Assembly (NCBI GenBank): GCA_951406725.2
Contig: OX597819.1
Location: 105,772,001 to 105,836,000 of the forward strand
Source of the DNA: Octopus vulgaris
Taxonomy: Eukaryota
Direction: 5' to 3'
Length of the DNA stretch: 64,000 nt
Part shown: in pieces, positions 40,878 through 54,245 of the stretch
How positions within the stretch are numbered: position 1 is the first letter of the stretch
How the letters are laid out: each line of letters begins with the position of its first letter
Notes under the pieces: generated by a model
Seen by the model: the letters and a program-made list of their open reading frames with translations, nothing else
The model's database searches: none
Told to the model about the DNA's origin: nothing
Translations under genes and position numbers: made by a program

Positions 40878-40880
<3 letters not shown>
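40570..40880. mobile_element. Palindromic pLTR-like element, second copy of the 1-316 family
   Basis: Same sequence as 1-316 with centre atccgtgctggat; flanked on both sides by (TA)n. Confidence 0.8.
40776..40826 (+). ncRNA. Minimal HHR-like motif, G3-C8 core
   Basis: tttgtca GTGAACA g gtcgc-ggtcttaaa-gcgat GAA aatatt t tgacaaa. Confidence 0.62.
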
Positions 40881-40927
<47 letters not shown>

Positions 40928-40947
40928 TCACAGACACACACACGCAC

Positions 40948-41809
40948 ACTGTGTGCGATGGGTAAATTGTCGCCATTTTATATTTTTAATTTTGCACATG
41001 CGCATTGTTAGCTTTGGATTTTGTCGACTACACAGTATAGTAGAGTCATTTGGGCACCGTCTGTGATGCAATTCACTCTGCCAGAAATTTGGAAACGACG
41101 TGCTGTACTGCTTGGCATTCGCACCGGAAGCTCCAATACAAATGTATCAGATTATCGATCTGAGGACAGTGTAGAGGATTCGGAACGAGTTGGATGAGTC
41201 TAATGGTGATTACAAAGGTACGACAGCTCGGAAAACACACTCTGATAAAAGAAATACTCCCGAATTTGTTGTTGAGATCCAGGCAAAGATTGACAACGAT
41301 CCCTCCAACTCAGTCAGGTCCATCGCCAGGGACATGGGAGTGTCTGAGTTTCTTATGAGGCACGTAGTACATGAAGGCATTCGGTATTGCTCATGCAAGA
41401 CGAGAAAGGGCCAATTTTTATCTTAAGCCATCAAAGAAAGACCTCGCTACGAAGCTTTTGAAGAAAGTCAAGCATCCCTTCCAACTGAAGATGTGGTTTT
41501 TCTCGGACGAGAAAAATTTCTACCAGGATCAGATGGTAAACACATAGAACAACCGTTGGCTTGATGTGTACCCAAAACATGTACCAATAGACCTGCATCA
41601 AGTCCCTGGAGGAGGTAGTGCTGCCCAGTGTGGTCAAGGGGGTGTTTGCTGGAAAACCTTATCTCTGGCAACAGAACTCTGGCCCATGCCACACAAGCAG
41701 GAGAACCCAGTCATGGTTGTCAGACATTTTCTGCGACCACATTATCCCTAACATCTGGCCACTTAACTCCCCAGACTGCAACCCCTTTAATTATTATTTC
41801 TAGGACGTA

Positions 41810-41845
<36 letters not shown>

Positions 41846-42124
41846 CAACAAAAGTCCTTGTAACACCAAAGATGAACTGAAGGCAAGGGTTATGGCAGCA
41901 TTCACCAACTTAAAGAGGGAGACCGTCCAGAAGAGTTGCAGGAGGTCTCGAAGTCGTCTGGAGGCCGTGGTTGAAGCCAAAGGAGATTTCATTGAAAAGA
42001 TTTACTCTTTAGTATTTCAAGACATTTTAATGTAATTTTGGTAGGTTTATCTGTTAGAATGAGCAATCAGTGTTATTTTCGTTTCTTCGTAATTTAGATG
42101 ACAATTTGTTAACTGCATCCAGTA
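40948..42124 (+). mobile_element. Decayed Tc1/mariner-superfamily transposon
   Basis: DPSNSVRSIARDMGVS (HTH), FFSDEK, WQQNSGPCH and IWPLNSPDCNPFNY in broken frames; diverged TIR-like ends. Confidence 0.75.
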
Positions 42125-42717
42125 TATATATATACATCCACCTTTAGTGGTTAGCCATATTGAGGTGGCAAATATACTTCACATTGTCGTGCAGTTACTG
42201 TCTATACCTCGTTCAGAGATTTATTATTGCTTATATATATATATATATGTATGTATGAATGTATACATTCTTACTATGTTTATTCTTTACATCAATATTG
42301 AGACATAATGGGTTGAAAGACTAAACTACATACAATGTAGTTTGTATATTTTTCTATATCCACACATGTATGTGTACCAGACACACACAGATGTAACCAT
42401 CTATACATGGACTTATATATGTATTTATATATATACTTCTTACATACATTCTTATTATTATAGAATTAAGAAAGAAATGGTATAATAAAGTAAAATGAAA
42501 TATATGTACACATATTTATATATGCGCTCATAGACACTTCTCATATACTTAATACTTATTACTAAAGACGGAAATAAAAGGAAATAAAATAAAAAATAAC
42601 TACATGTATCTATTTGTATATGCACATATACACACTTACATATATTCTGTTTAAGATAACAAAACATTAATAGATAATACAATATGATAAAGTTGAATGC
42701 AATAAAATATAAAACCA

Positions 42718-42850
42718 AAATATGAGTAAAATATAATATAATATAATATACAGAAATATGAGTAAAATATAATATAAAATAATATACAGAAATATGAGTA
42801 AAATATAATATAAAATAATATACAGAAATATGAGTAAAATAGAATATATA
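42718..42850. repeat. 36-bp minisatellite, about 3.5 copies
   Basis: Unit aaatatgagtaaaatataatataaaataatatacag. Confidence 0.85.
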
Positions 42851-42975
42851 CACTCATATATCTGTTTATATATGGATACATATACATTTTTGTCAAACAT
42901 TCTTAGCCTAAGTCCAACCCACATACAAGATAATGTATATAGGTTGAAAGTGCAATACAACATCATATAGAATAC

Positions 42976-43059
<84 letters not shown>

Positions 43060-43487
43060 GTATAACTATATACATTACCTTGTGTGGGGGTTGAAGTTAA
43101 GCTAAGAATGTTAGTTAGAAATACGTGTCCATATATAGATAGATATATGTGCGTATATTCTTTTTAATCGTATGCCTGTATATTGTATTATTATATCATA
43201 TTATTATGTTATTATACTAAATTTTATTTTGTTTTATTTTATTTAACTATGTCATATTATATCATCTATTTCTGTTTTTTATAAACAGTTAAAATTTATG
43301 CAATAACATATTCATGCACTTTTTTGAAAATTTTACTTTCTTTTATTTCTCTTTTTAAAAATAGTAAGAAGTGTATACGTGTGTATATATAAAAAAAATA
43401 TGTATGTGTGTGTATACACACACATGCACACACATACACACAAATACATATACACACCCTCACAATATTTATAATTATCTTTTTCAG

Positions 43488-43718
43488 GGCGGCGAGCTGG
43501 CAGAAACGTTAGCACGCCGGGCGAAATGCTCAGCGGTATTTCGTCTGTTGTTACGTTCTGAGTTCAAATTCCGCCGAGGTCGACTTTGCTTTTCATCCTT
43601 TCGGGGTCGATAAATATAGTATCAGTTTCGCACTAGCGTCGATGTAATCGACTTAATCCCTTTGTCTGTCCTTGTTTATCCCCTCTATGTTTATCCCCTT
43701 GTGGGCAGTAAAGAAATA
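43488..43718 (+). mobile_element. SINE family A, full length
   Basis: Runs from ggcggcgagctggcagaaacgttagc to gtgggcagtaaagaaata. Confidence 0.85.
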
Positions 43719-44626
43719 AATATTTATGAGTATCTTTTTCTTCGTTTACACTTTTATTGGTTTATAGTCATTGGACTGCTGCTACGCTACGGCTCCACGT
43801 TGAAGGGCCTAATCAATCAAATCAACTGCATTACTTAAGTTTAAGTCTGACTATTAGAATCGATCGAATTTGACGAAACGCTAGGTGACTCATATATGTA
43901 TGTGTGTGTATGTGCATGTGTGTCTATGCATGTGTGTGCTTGTGTATATATATATATGTGTGTGTGTATGTGTGTGTTTGTGTATGCGCGCGTGTTAGAT
44001 GTAAATGTGCAACTTGAGGAAAGCATTCTCTGAAATGTTTAAAATGTAACTAAATTAATTTCTATCTATCAACCAGAACTAGCCGTAGGTAAAGACTGCG
44101 GTCATAACAAATAGGAACACATGAGAGAACATTTACGTGGTTGACAGCTCTGCTAGCAATTGCACTGATATGCTTCAGAAGGTCTCGCGCACACCACCAT
44201 CATAATAAATGGTTGAGTGGATAATTTATACAGTTCTACGGTACAGAAAAAGACGCAATGTCCATTGTTTAATCACATGCCTGCTGGATTCGGCCGATTT
44301 AGGACTAAACAATAATAGCAAAATGAAAATCTAGAACAAGTCACAGAAGTAAAATAACTGGAAGGATTCTCAGAATAGGAGGCCCATTAGGGGAAACCGA
44401 AATGGAATTTACTTCTTATGACTGTCGTACGGAAATTAAGATCGGAAAGTAGCGGAAAGAGTTGAAAATACTGAGTTGTTACGGTATTTTTGCTCGTAAA
44501 AGATCTCCCAGTAACTGGAAATGTTTGTGTAAATAACTCAACTTGTGCACCATACAAGCATGCATACCTACATACTTGAATAAACAAATATATATGATTA
44601 TACAAACACACACTCACACACACACG

Positions 44627-44659
<33 letters not shown>

Positions 44660-44692
44660 GCTGTAATACACTAATATATATGACTATACAAG

Positions 44693-44745
<53 letters not shown>

Positions 44746-44747
44746 TT

Positions 44748-45280
44748 AGTACCAGGCAGTGGCTCTCATGGCTTCTGATCTTAACTGATTGGAAGTGTTA
44801 TCATGTACATTGTTTTGTCTTGGTATAAAAGATGGGCTACAGCAAATATTCTGCTCAATACCACAGATTTGCTTGTCAGTTGTTTGACCTTAACCAGTTG
44901 AGCATGTCCCCTAGTGGCTGACGATATGTGCATCTCTGATCACGAGCAGAAGTAGTGGGGGAGCATCATAGCCATGTGTTGAGAGCGATTCTTTGGGGTT
45001 TGAATAATTCACCCCTGGAAACATGGGTGGTTCTTTCAACATCCTTAAACAATCCTTATTCAGGGACCTTTTGAGCAGGATGGGTTACTCAACCTGAAGA
45101 AAATTCTAACTGGGCCCCACCTGCAAGGTCATGTGCTGTTTATCTTGATATGAGATCACCATGTCGCGCACATATGGTTGTGATGCATGTGCCTGGTGTA
45201 CCCTTATCACATGGGTATATTGGGCTTCGTATATTTTACCCCAGTGTCACTTTGATGGCATGAACTGCTCTCTCACTCAA
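44748..45280. repeat. Probable interspersed repeat inserted in (AAT)n
   Basis: GC-richer ~530-bp block bounded on both sides by AAT repeats; single copy in this window, class unknown. Confidence 0.45.
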
Positions 45281-45351
45281 TAATGATAATAATAATAAAT
45301 GACAACAAAAGAATGAGACCTCGATATTAGATAAATTGAGGATTATTTATA

Positions 45352-45611
45352 TAGTGGGTTGGTGCATAATTATTGCTGCTTTTTTTTCAACAAAGTTTAT
45401 TCGACAAAAACAATAAAAACATGTAACAAAAACATTTTAAATGATTATTCCGGAGCATATTCACCATCTACTTCATTTACTGCTTTCCATTTGCTTGGTA
45501 GACGGTCAGACCGTAATTTAAAGGTGTTTTTGTTAAATATTGTTATTGATTTTGTTGGATAAATTTTGTTGAAAAAATAAAAGCAGCAATAATTATGCAC
45601 CAACCCAATAT
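45352..45611. mobile_element. Mariner-derived MITE
   Basis: TIRs tgggttggtgcataattattgctgc / gcagcaataattatgcaccaaccca extend about 80 bp; TA flanks; mariner-type terminus. Confidence 0.8.
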
Positions 45612-45823
45612 GTTATACATGAAAACAACCAGTAAGTTGTCATTACAGTACTCGGAGTTTCGACCTAATATATATATATATATATGTATATATATATGCT
45701 AGATATAGACGTCAAAATCGCTATTTTCCACGAAGAATACGTTCTCATGAAAAAACTCAGCAAAAAACCAAAGTGTAAAAATAAGCAAGACAAATGAAAA
45801 TATACGAAATAAAAAACGATTAC

Positions 45824-45898
45824 CTAAGTACTAATTAGTTTCACTTTTTAATATTCACGTATATGCACAAGCGAACATCTGCAAGATCATCAGCATAG
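45824..45898 (-). ncRNA. Hammerhead ribozyme-like motif, canonical core (somewhat decayed)
   Basis: ctatg CTGATGA tctt...aagt GAA actaattagt a cttag; 10-nt palindromic helix III, GUA triplet. Confidence 0.6.
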
Positions 45899-46155
45899 TC
45901 TGTCGTTTAAAAACATAATTTACAGAACTAGATACAGAACGATCAAACGAAATCCCGCATGTTTAGAGTTCAACAAATTATATTTATGTGTATCTTTCAA
46001 ATGCCTTCACTTCTCTAACCGGTGAATTGACTGCTGCAGTTTATTAACTGCTGAGTAAATTTCCTAGTAAATATGCTAGGCCACTGGTTTTAATTGATTA
46101 ATATCAATTTTATATATGTATATATGTATATATATATTGGCTAAACAGGCAAAAT

Positions 46156-46219
<64 letters not shown>

Positions 46220-46335
46220 ACTGGTAGAACTTTACAGAAGTTCCTGCCGGTAATCGGCTATATTTACATACCGAATTCTACCAGTAAATAATTGGGTTTT
46301 TTTAAAAGCCTTTATAGAAATTATTTACTCTTATC

Positions 46336-46388
<53 letters not shown>

Positions 46389-47537
46389 GAAATGCTAAAC
46401 TAACTTGTTCGATAATATAAGGAGATAGATAGTGTGCCGTATAACCAGCTGGAGATGATGTTTCCTGGGGCTATATAACAATAACATTCAACTGCCACGT
46501 TATTTTGGAAAATAATCTTTACTCTAGCGTACTGTTACTGAATGTCTCTCGTTGAGAGATTTACAAATCGATATTTTCTATTATATATATATACATACAT
46601 ATATATATATATATATATACATGCATACGTCTATGTATGTATGTGTATATGTATGTATTGAGAAATATACGTATCAAAAGTGTATATGAAAAGAAGTGAT
46701 AAGTTTGATAAAAGTCTGAGAGATTGAAATAAAATGGAGCTGTTAATAAGAGGCCGGATAGAAATGAAGTAGGAAAACAAGAAAGGGTGAAAACAGGAGA
46801 GAATAAGTGTAGAAAGTATCGCGGTAGAAAGTAATAACCGGAGTGAGCAATACATTCATTTAAAACGTAACAGTTGAAAGAGTGATGACGGTGAGCAAAA
46901 ATGAATAGCAAGTGTGAGGTGGGGTGTTAACACTGGACTAAATCTGAAAAGAAAAGAAATAACGTAAACACAAAATGGAAAATTAAATGAAAATGACAGG
47001 AAATATAAGGGATAAAAATGGAGAAAAAAAGTCTATCATGAATGTAATTTGATATTCATGACTGCATATTTGTATACATATAGATATCATAACGTTATTT
47101 TATGCGCAGTTCAAGGTTAGGAATTGCGATATACATAAATATCTTATCACTATTCATACTCAATTATTATGTATATGTCAAGCAAATACATACACTCGTA
47201 TCTATCCTTATTCAGAGAAAGATACGCACATACGGGCATAAATACGTATATGCATGTGAATGCGTGGGGTGAGTTTTTTTGTATATGTGTGTCGTTTTAC
47301 TTTTCTTGGATTTTAGGACTCATAAAGCCTGTTACCCGGTTTCCATGGCGTATAAGTGACCGAGGTCTGTCACAATATTCCCCCCTGAACAGACGCCGGC
47401 TTGTTGCAAATATATACATTCGTATAATCTGCATAGAGCTCTTACCTTACATGGAAAATTCACACAAAACTGCGATGAGATGAACATCAGTGCAAACTTG
47501 ATCCTGATCAGTTAAATCTCCTTTGGTTGCAACGTAT

Positions 47538-47574
<37 letters not shown>

Positions 47575-48177
47575 CAGAGAGGATAATAATATATGCGCAC
47601 TCATTCACCAGATACATAGATGTGTACACTAAACCCTTTCTTCTCTATGTACGATTCATTTTATTCTTCTCTCACTTTTGCTTGTGTTACGTGAAACTTT
47701 ATGAATACAAACAATATATTTTCTATAAAAGTATAATCCACAAACATTTGTTATGTAAAAATGTATTTTTATATTTTTATTTTCATACGTACATGTCATA
47801 AAATTATTTATTCCTGATGTTAAGAATTCAAAATTGGTTTAATTAAACAAAAAGTATACATGTATGACAAGTTTATCGCATTTTCAAGCTTTACGTAGTA
47901 TTTTCCGACATTTTCTCATTATTTTCCTATACATACATACATACATACATACATACATACATACATACATACATACATACATACATACATACATACATAC
48001 AAACATACATACATACATATAACTAGTAAAACAGCCAACAACTGATGATGTTTCGTTCTTTGTTTGTTTTGTTTTCCATTTGTGTCTTTCGTTGTTCGAA
48101 AGAATAGTTCATGTTCCATGTACTCGTACTTCGTACTTTTTTATTGTACACGTTTCATGACGTCCTGTGCCAACATA

Positions 48178-48224
<47 letters not shown>

Positions 48225-48264
48225 TTATAGATGTAAGTATGTACATATACGTATGTATATATGC

Positions 48265-48309
<45 letters not shown>

Positions 48310-48459
48310 AAGCAGAGTTTAGTTTACATGATCTAAATGAATAGGTATGTTGGGAAAGTGCTATAGTTGGTCGACCATTAGGTTCCAAGATCCCAGCTAT
48401 GGCTGGATCTAGGGATCCGTGTTATGGTTCTGTCATAGCATGTATGTATTATATTAGAG

Positions 48460-48900
48460 GAAAAACCAAAACCAAGGCAGAACGAGTATCTCAATTCAAT
48501 TAGAATAATTTAATTAGAGTAAGGTGAAATTGAAGTCTTACAGCTGTTTCTGGGATTACCCAAGTGGTTGGGTAGCATGTTTGTGCGCTGGGTATTCCGT
48601 CATCAGAGACAAGGTATGAATATTTTAGACGGGGAAAATTTACAGTTTACAAGGATTAGAATTCGCAGTTTATAAGGCTTAAAATAGAAGAATAAATTAG
48701 TAAAATAGAAGAATAAAGAGTAAAAATAGTTAGAAAAATATAGGCAGTAGAATAATGTTCACTACTCATCTTTTTTCAGAGGATATGCGTGTTGGATGGT
48801 ACTTCCATGAAAGTACAGGTTTTTAGTTAAAATCCCCGGTAAATCCAGGCAATATTCTGAATGATGTAATCATTCTGTAAATGTGTATATAGAGCGAGAA
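48460..48900 (-). mobile_element. pLTR/retrozyme-like repeat (family of 5640-6255)
   Basis: Collinear similarity with 5880-6250 across catcattca..., gaaaaagatga..., the HHR and gagatac...tgccttggttt. Confidence 0.65.
48535..48610 (-). ncRNA. Type I hammerhead ribozyme, canonical core
   Basis: gtct CTGATGA cggaataccca...tgggtaatccca GAA acagctgt a agac; palindromic ACAGCTGT, GUA triplet. Confidence 0.75.
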
Positions 48901-48928
48901 AATATGATGGACATATTGATATATGTAT

Positions 48929-49220
48929 CGCAATGGCCCAATGGTTGGGGCAGCGGACTCGCGGTCGTAGGATCGCGGTTTCGATTCCCAGACCGGGCGT
49001 TGTGAGTGTTTATTGAGCGAAAATACCTAAAAGCTCCACGAGGCTCCGGCAGGGGGTGGTGATCCCTGTTGTACTGTTTCACCACTCTTTCTCTTACTCT
49101 TTCTTCTGTTGGCCTGCTCGCTTAGCCAGCGGGGTGGCGTCAGTCGAAGGCTAAAACAATGCGAACGCATTGTGACCAGCGATGTGTAGCAGCATCTGAT
49201 GGTCTGGTCGGTCACGTGAT
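48929..49220 (+). mobile_element. tRNA-derived SINE, family B
   Basis: A/B-box head; matches 12998-13305 and 50056-50363. Confidence 0.85.
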
Positions 49221-49253
49221 ATATGTATGTATGTATGTATATTTCTTCTCTTT

Positions 49254-49652
49254 AGGCGCAGGAGGTAAGTAGCTGTGTGGTAAGTAGCTTGTTTACCAAC
49301 CACATGGTTCCGGGTTCAGTCCCACTGGGTGGCACCCTGGGCAGGTGTCTTCTACTATAGGCTCGGGCCGACCAAAGTGGATTTGGTAGACGAAAACTGA
49401 AAGAAGCCCGTCGTATATATGTATATATACATATGCGTGTGTGTGTTTGTGTGAGTGTGTTTGTCCCCCTAGCATTGCTTGACAACCGATGCTGGTCTGT
49501 TTATGTCCCCGTTACTTAGCGGTTCGGCAAAAGAGACCAATAGAATAAGTACTGGGCTTACAAAAGAATAAGTCCCGGGGTCGAGTTGCTCGATTAAAGG
49601 CGGTGCTCCAGCATAGCCGCAGTCAAATGACTGAAACAAGTAAAAGAGTAAA
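49254..49652 (+). mobile_element. SINE family D, full length
   Basis: Head tgtggtaagtagcttg...ccgggttcagtccc, internal (TG)n, tail gactgaaacaagtaaaagag. Confidence 0.8.
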
Positions 49653-49688
49653 ATAGTATATATATATATATATATATATATCTATATA

Positions 49689-50017
49689 TGGCTCAGTGGT
49701 TAGAGCGTCGAGCTTACGATCGTGAGGTTGTGAGCTCGAATCCCGGACCGGGCTGCGTGTTGTGTTCTCGAGCAAGGCACTTTATTTCACGTTGCTCCAG
49801 TTCACTCAGCTGTAGAAATGAGTTGCGACGTCACAGGTGCCAAGCTGTATCGACCTTTGTCTTTCCCTTGGATAACACTGGTGGCGTGGAGAGGGGAGGC
49901 TGGTATGCATGGGCGACTGCTAGCCTTCCATAAACAACCTTGCCCGGACTTGTGTCTAGGAGGGTAACTTTCTAGGTGCAATCCCATGGTCATTCATGAC
50001 CGAAGGGGGTCTTTACC

Positions 50018-50022
<5 letters not shown>
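49689..50022 (+). mobile_element. tRNA-derived SINE, family C
   Basis: ggctcagtggttagagcg...ctcgaatcccgg then gagcaaggcactttatttcacgttgctccag; relatives near 53537, 54555, 54962 and 57200. Confidence 0.8.
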
Positions 50023-50055
<33 letters not shown>

Positions 50056-50059
<4 letters not shown>

Positions 50060-50363
50060 ATGATCACGTGACCGACTAGGCTATCACATGTTGCTACACA
50101 CCGCTGGTCACAATGCGCTTCGCATTGTTTTAGCCTTCAAATGACACCACCCGCTGGCTAAGCAAGCAGGCCAACAGAAGAAAGAGTGAGAGAAGGTTGT
50201 GACGAAAAAGTACAGCAGGGATCGCCACCACCCCTTACCAGAGTCTCGTGGATCTTTAGGTGTTTTCGTTCAATAAACACTCACAACGCCCGGTCTGGGA
50301 ATCGATAACGCGATTCTACGCCTGCGAATCCGCTGCCCTAACCACTGGGCCATTGCGCCTCCA
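50056..50363 (-). mobile_element. SINE family B
   Basis: Reverse complement of 48929-49220. Confidence 0.85.
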
Positions 50364-51867
50364 CACACACACACACATATATATAGGATAGTCTCTCCCG
50401 TCGCTTTCGACGTATGAGGATCCGACTACCGACTCTTTCTTTCTTTCTTTCTTTCTCAGTCACAATGCTTATGTCGAATGTGACATTTAAGTCCCGCCAA
50501 CAATTTGCAAAGAAGCCCAAAAATCCTGCAAGTATGAGGACTACAGGTCAGTACAGGTGGTATATTTTCAGCTGCTTTTCTCGTTTGCCTTGCACCCAGA
50601 ACCTGTTGTAACAAAGCTGGTAGTAAAAAAATTTCTAATACTATTTTGACACAACGATCTCTGTTTTGTTCGCTCTAAGGTTATTCACTCAGAGGTGTCG
50701 TGAGTTGTCTTCATTTCTAAGGGGTTATTCTTCAGCTTGTCCTTATATCTGAGCTATGGTCAACCAACATTTCTGTGCCCAGTATGATGCTGGCTGTACA
50801 TGAGAACTTTGGGTATTCTTTCCTCACTCATCCTGACGACATGGCTAACCCAGCATAATTCTGATTGCATAATTGCATAAGGAAACTTTCGAATCCACCA
50901 ATCTTACACTTGCTAAACAGGTCGGTATTAAAAACTGTCTTTTAGGGAATAACCGCAGATTGTCCTCAGAGAGCCTTTGTGGTAGATGTCTATTTTGTTA
51001 ATATGTCGTCTATAGGGTATCCACGATTCAGAGCCCTTATTGTCTTCGAGCTGGCAGTAATTTTAGAGTGCTCCATACGGTGTTTCATGACATTTTTTGT
51101 GTTGTCCAAATTTTGAGTTCGAATCTTGTCAACATTAATTTTATATTTTGGATCAATAGATGAATTATTAATCCAGGATAGTGGATTGACGGAGTTATGG
51201 GCTAGGACAAGAAGTGGTACCATTCTTTCGCGTTCAGGTTTCAAAGACTACGTAAATAATTGAATTCTGCTAATGTTGATTTGTTTTCTAAATATTTCAC
51301 ACATAGTGTAAGGAAAAAGATTATAAGTAATTCTTTTATATTCTTGGAGGTTGCCTCTCGAGACACAAGAAAATACGTTTCAAGAGAAATACAAACGAAA
51401 TACAAAAACAAAATATAGGCAAGTACTCTACGTATCTGTGCTCCAAGGCAACACATAATTTTTCTCCAAATTGTGATCGGCTTAGATTCAATTTTTCCCA
51501 TCGCATACGAAACATCACTGAACAGCTATATTGGAAATTTCAATCATTGTTTAGACAAATCGTGTAACGATAATAAGATTTTTTCAGATCCACTTACTGA
51601 CCCGACTTAGTGTCTTTATACTACGTGAAATAAATAGTTTTTATCTATCGCTCCCCTTCTCTCTCTAGATACACACACATCAATACACCCCCCACATAGG
51701 CACACACATTTATATCAGTTTGTGTCTATGAACAACATACTACGATCATTGTACATAAAAATGTCGATGTCATATACGTATTTAGGAATATATATGTTAG
51801 AAAAAGTGTATGCGATATGGAAATGTACTGATATGGGAATGTATATATGTGTTTACGAATGTATATA

Positions 51868-52069
51868 TCTTTTATCGCTTACTTGTTTCATTTCCAGGGC
51901 TATGGCCACGCTGTGGCACCGCCTGGAAGGATTTTTAGTCAATCCCAGAACTTATTTTTTTAAACCTGGTATTTATTCTGCCTGTCTATAGGCTGAAATG
52001 TTAGGTTACAGGAACGTAAACAAACCAACAGCGTTTGGCAAGAGGTGGTGGGAAACAAACACAAAGACG

Positions 52070-52134
<65 letters not shown>

Positions 52135-52308
52135 GTATATATGTATCAAGTTTCTTCCAGTTTCTGTCTATCAGTTCCACTCACAAGGCTTTTAGTCAAC
52201 AGGGGTCTATAGAAGAAACATTTGTCCCAAGTATCACGCAGTAGGACTGAACTCGGAGTCAAGTGGTTGGGAAACAAATTACTTATCACACAGCTACGCC
52301 TGCGCCTG
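51868..52308 (-). mobile_element. SINE family D (diverged)
   Basis: Reverse-complement similarity to 49254-49652. Confidence 0.7.
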
Positions 52309-53198
52309 TATGGAAATTCATATGATATATATTTATATCTCCATTTTTATACATGCTTATCACTACATTGGACACAAACGCACACACACACACACACACA
52401 CACATACACACGCACACACACATGCACACGCTTATTACTTATGTAGTTATGTCTTAAACTACAGTTTCTACAGCCTGGATTCTGCGGGTATATAGCAGTG
52501 CTATGTATACGTGTATAAATAAGTAGTCACCCACTTCATATAATACTGACAATACTCTTTCTCTGCTATTTCCTCTCATTTTTCTTTCATTCTTTTTCAT
52601 CTCTTCATTCACCTTTTACTTTCGTTATCCTTACATCGTCTTTACATCTCAACATATTATATAGAATCTATTTTGTTACCTTGCTACTTTTTCATTTCCT
52701 TTTCACTTTCCCTGCTTATAATTTTTCATCACTTTTCTCAATAACTATTCCTATATCACCTTCAGTACCGTTTATTCATATTTTAGCACTCTCCAGTAAT
52801 ATGCTTTACTATGTATATATAAATATATATATATATATGTATATATGTGTGTGTGTATGTGTGTGTGCGTGTGTGTGTGTTTATATATGTACATATACAT
52901 ACATACATATATATACACACACACATATGTATATACATACATACATACATATATATACACACACATATATGTATATATATACATATACATACATACACAC
53001 ACATATATGTATATATATACATATACATACATACACACACATATATGTATATATATACATATACATACATACATACACACACATATGTATATGTATATAT
53101 ATATACATATACATACATACACACACACACACACATATATGTATATATATACATATACATACATACATAAATACATACATACATACATACATACATAC

Positions 53199-53242
<44 letters not shown>

Positions 53243-53271
53243 TGCAGCAACAGCTCAAAGCTGCAGCCATG

Positions 53272-53321
<50 letters not shown>

Positions 53322-53924
53322 ACACGCATACACAAAAGCACACACGCACTTTTCCTTAAACGTTTTCCCTTTGATATCCATCACATCCACCTCTTCAATA
53401 TCCCATCCTTCTACGACCAATCTTATTTTCCTGCTATTCTCTCTACCATTCCCTTTTAATGTCTCCCATTCATTCGTTTATCTCTTCTCAATCTGTGTAT
53501 GACGTGTTCCAAATGTTTATATCGCTGTATACATATGCGGAGGCGCATGGATTAGTGGTTATAGTGTTGCACTCATTTTCGTAAGATTGTGGTTTCGAAT
53601 CCCGGAACGGACGATACGTTGTATGTTGAGTAAAACACTTCATTTCATATTGTTCCAGTACAATCAGCTGCCAAAAATGACTAATCTTACAATGGACCAG
53701 CGTCCCGGCTAGTGGGGTGGGAGGAATATATACGCTATAGAATCTGGGAAATCGGTCTCATGATCCTATAAGGTAAGACCTTCGATACCTTCTGACACAC
53801 ACATAGAGATAAGAGTGTGAGCATTCCTATACGAAGAAGAGAGCGAGCGAATCTTCATATAATTCATGTACACGAGTGCGCATGTGTAAATTGACGCTTA
53901 TACGTGTGCATGCGTATTTTTATC

Positions 53925-54245
53925 TTTGCTTGGTACTCTTTATGTTTTACTTATTGGATCTGAAGGAAGGTGGACAGTGTCCAAAGCCCTTTCAGGTCAT
54001 CCTAGTTCGGCGAAGTTAGTTTCATTAATGGTCCATTTGAACCTTTATAAATCAATGCCTTCTGGAAAGACGAGTAAACAGATAATTGAAGAGGTTCGAC
54101 GTTCTAGGAAGGAAGGACCTGCAGTAGTGATCAGTATAACGCTCAAGGTGGTGTGTTGATACAATAAGGGTTTTGATCGGACAAGTGGGTTATGAATACC
54201 AAACTCTGAATGAGCCATTAGTGGATGCGGTCCTGTGTATGAACC
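53925..54245 (-). mobile_element. Decayed RTE-type LINE endonuclease N-terminal fragment
   Basis: TAGPSFLERRTSSII...RFKWTINETNFAELG resembles RTE ...RPERRTA..L.RY.VDI..LSETRFAE.G. Confidence 0.5.

Noticed and set aside
42718-42850. 36-bp repeats resembling a CRISPR array
   Set aside because: Contiguous units with no spacers, in eukaryotic DNA; a minisatellite. The same applies to the 25-bp repeat near 19965-20042.
50600-51560. Possible highly decayed Penelope ORF (minus frame MQLCNQNYAG)
   Set aside because: Resemblance to a GIY-YIG motif is too weak to support without a profile search.
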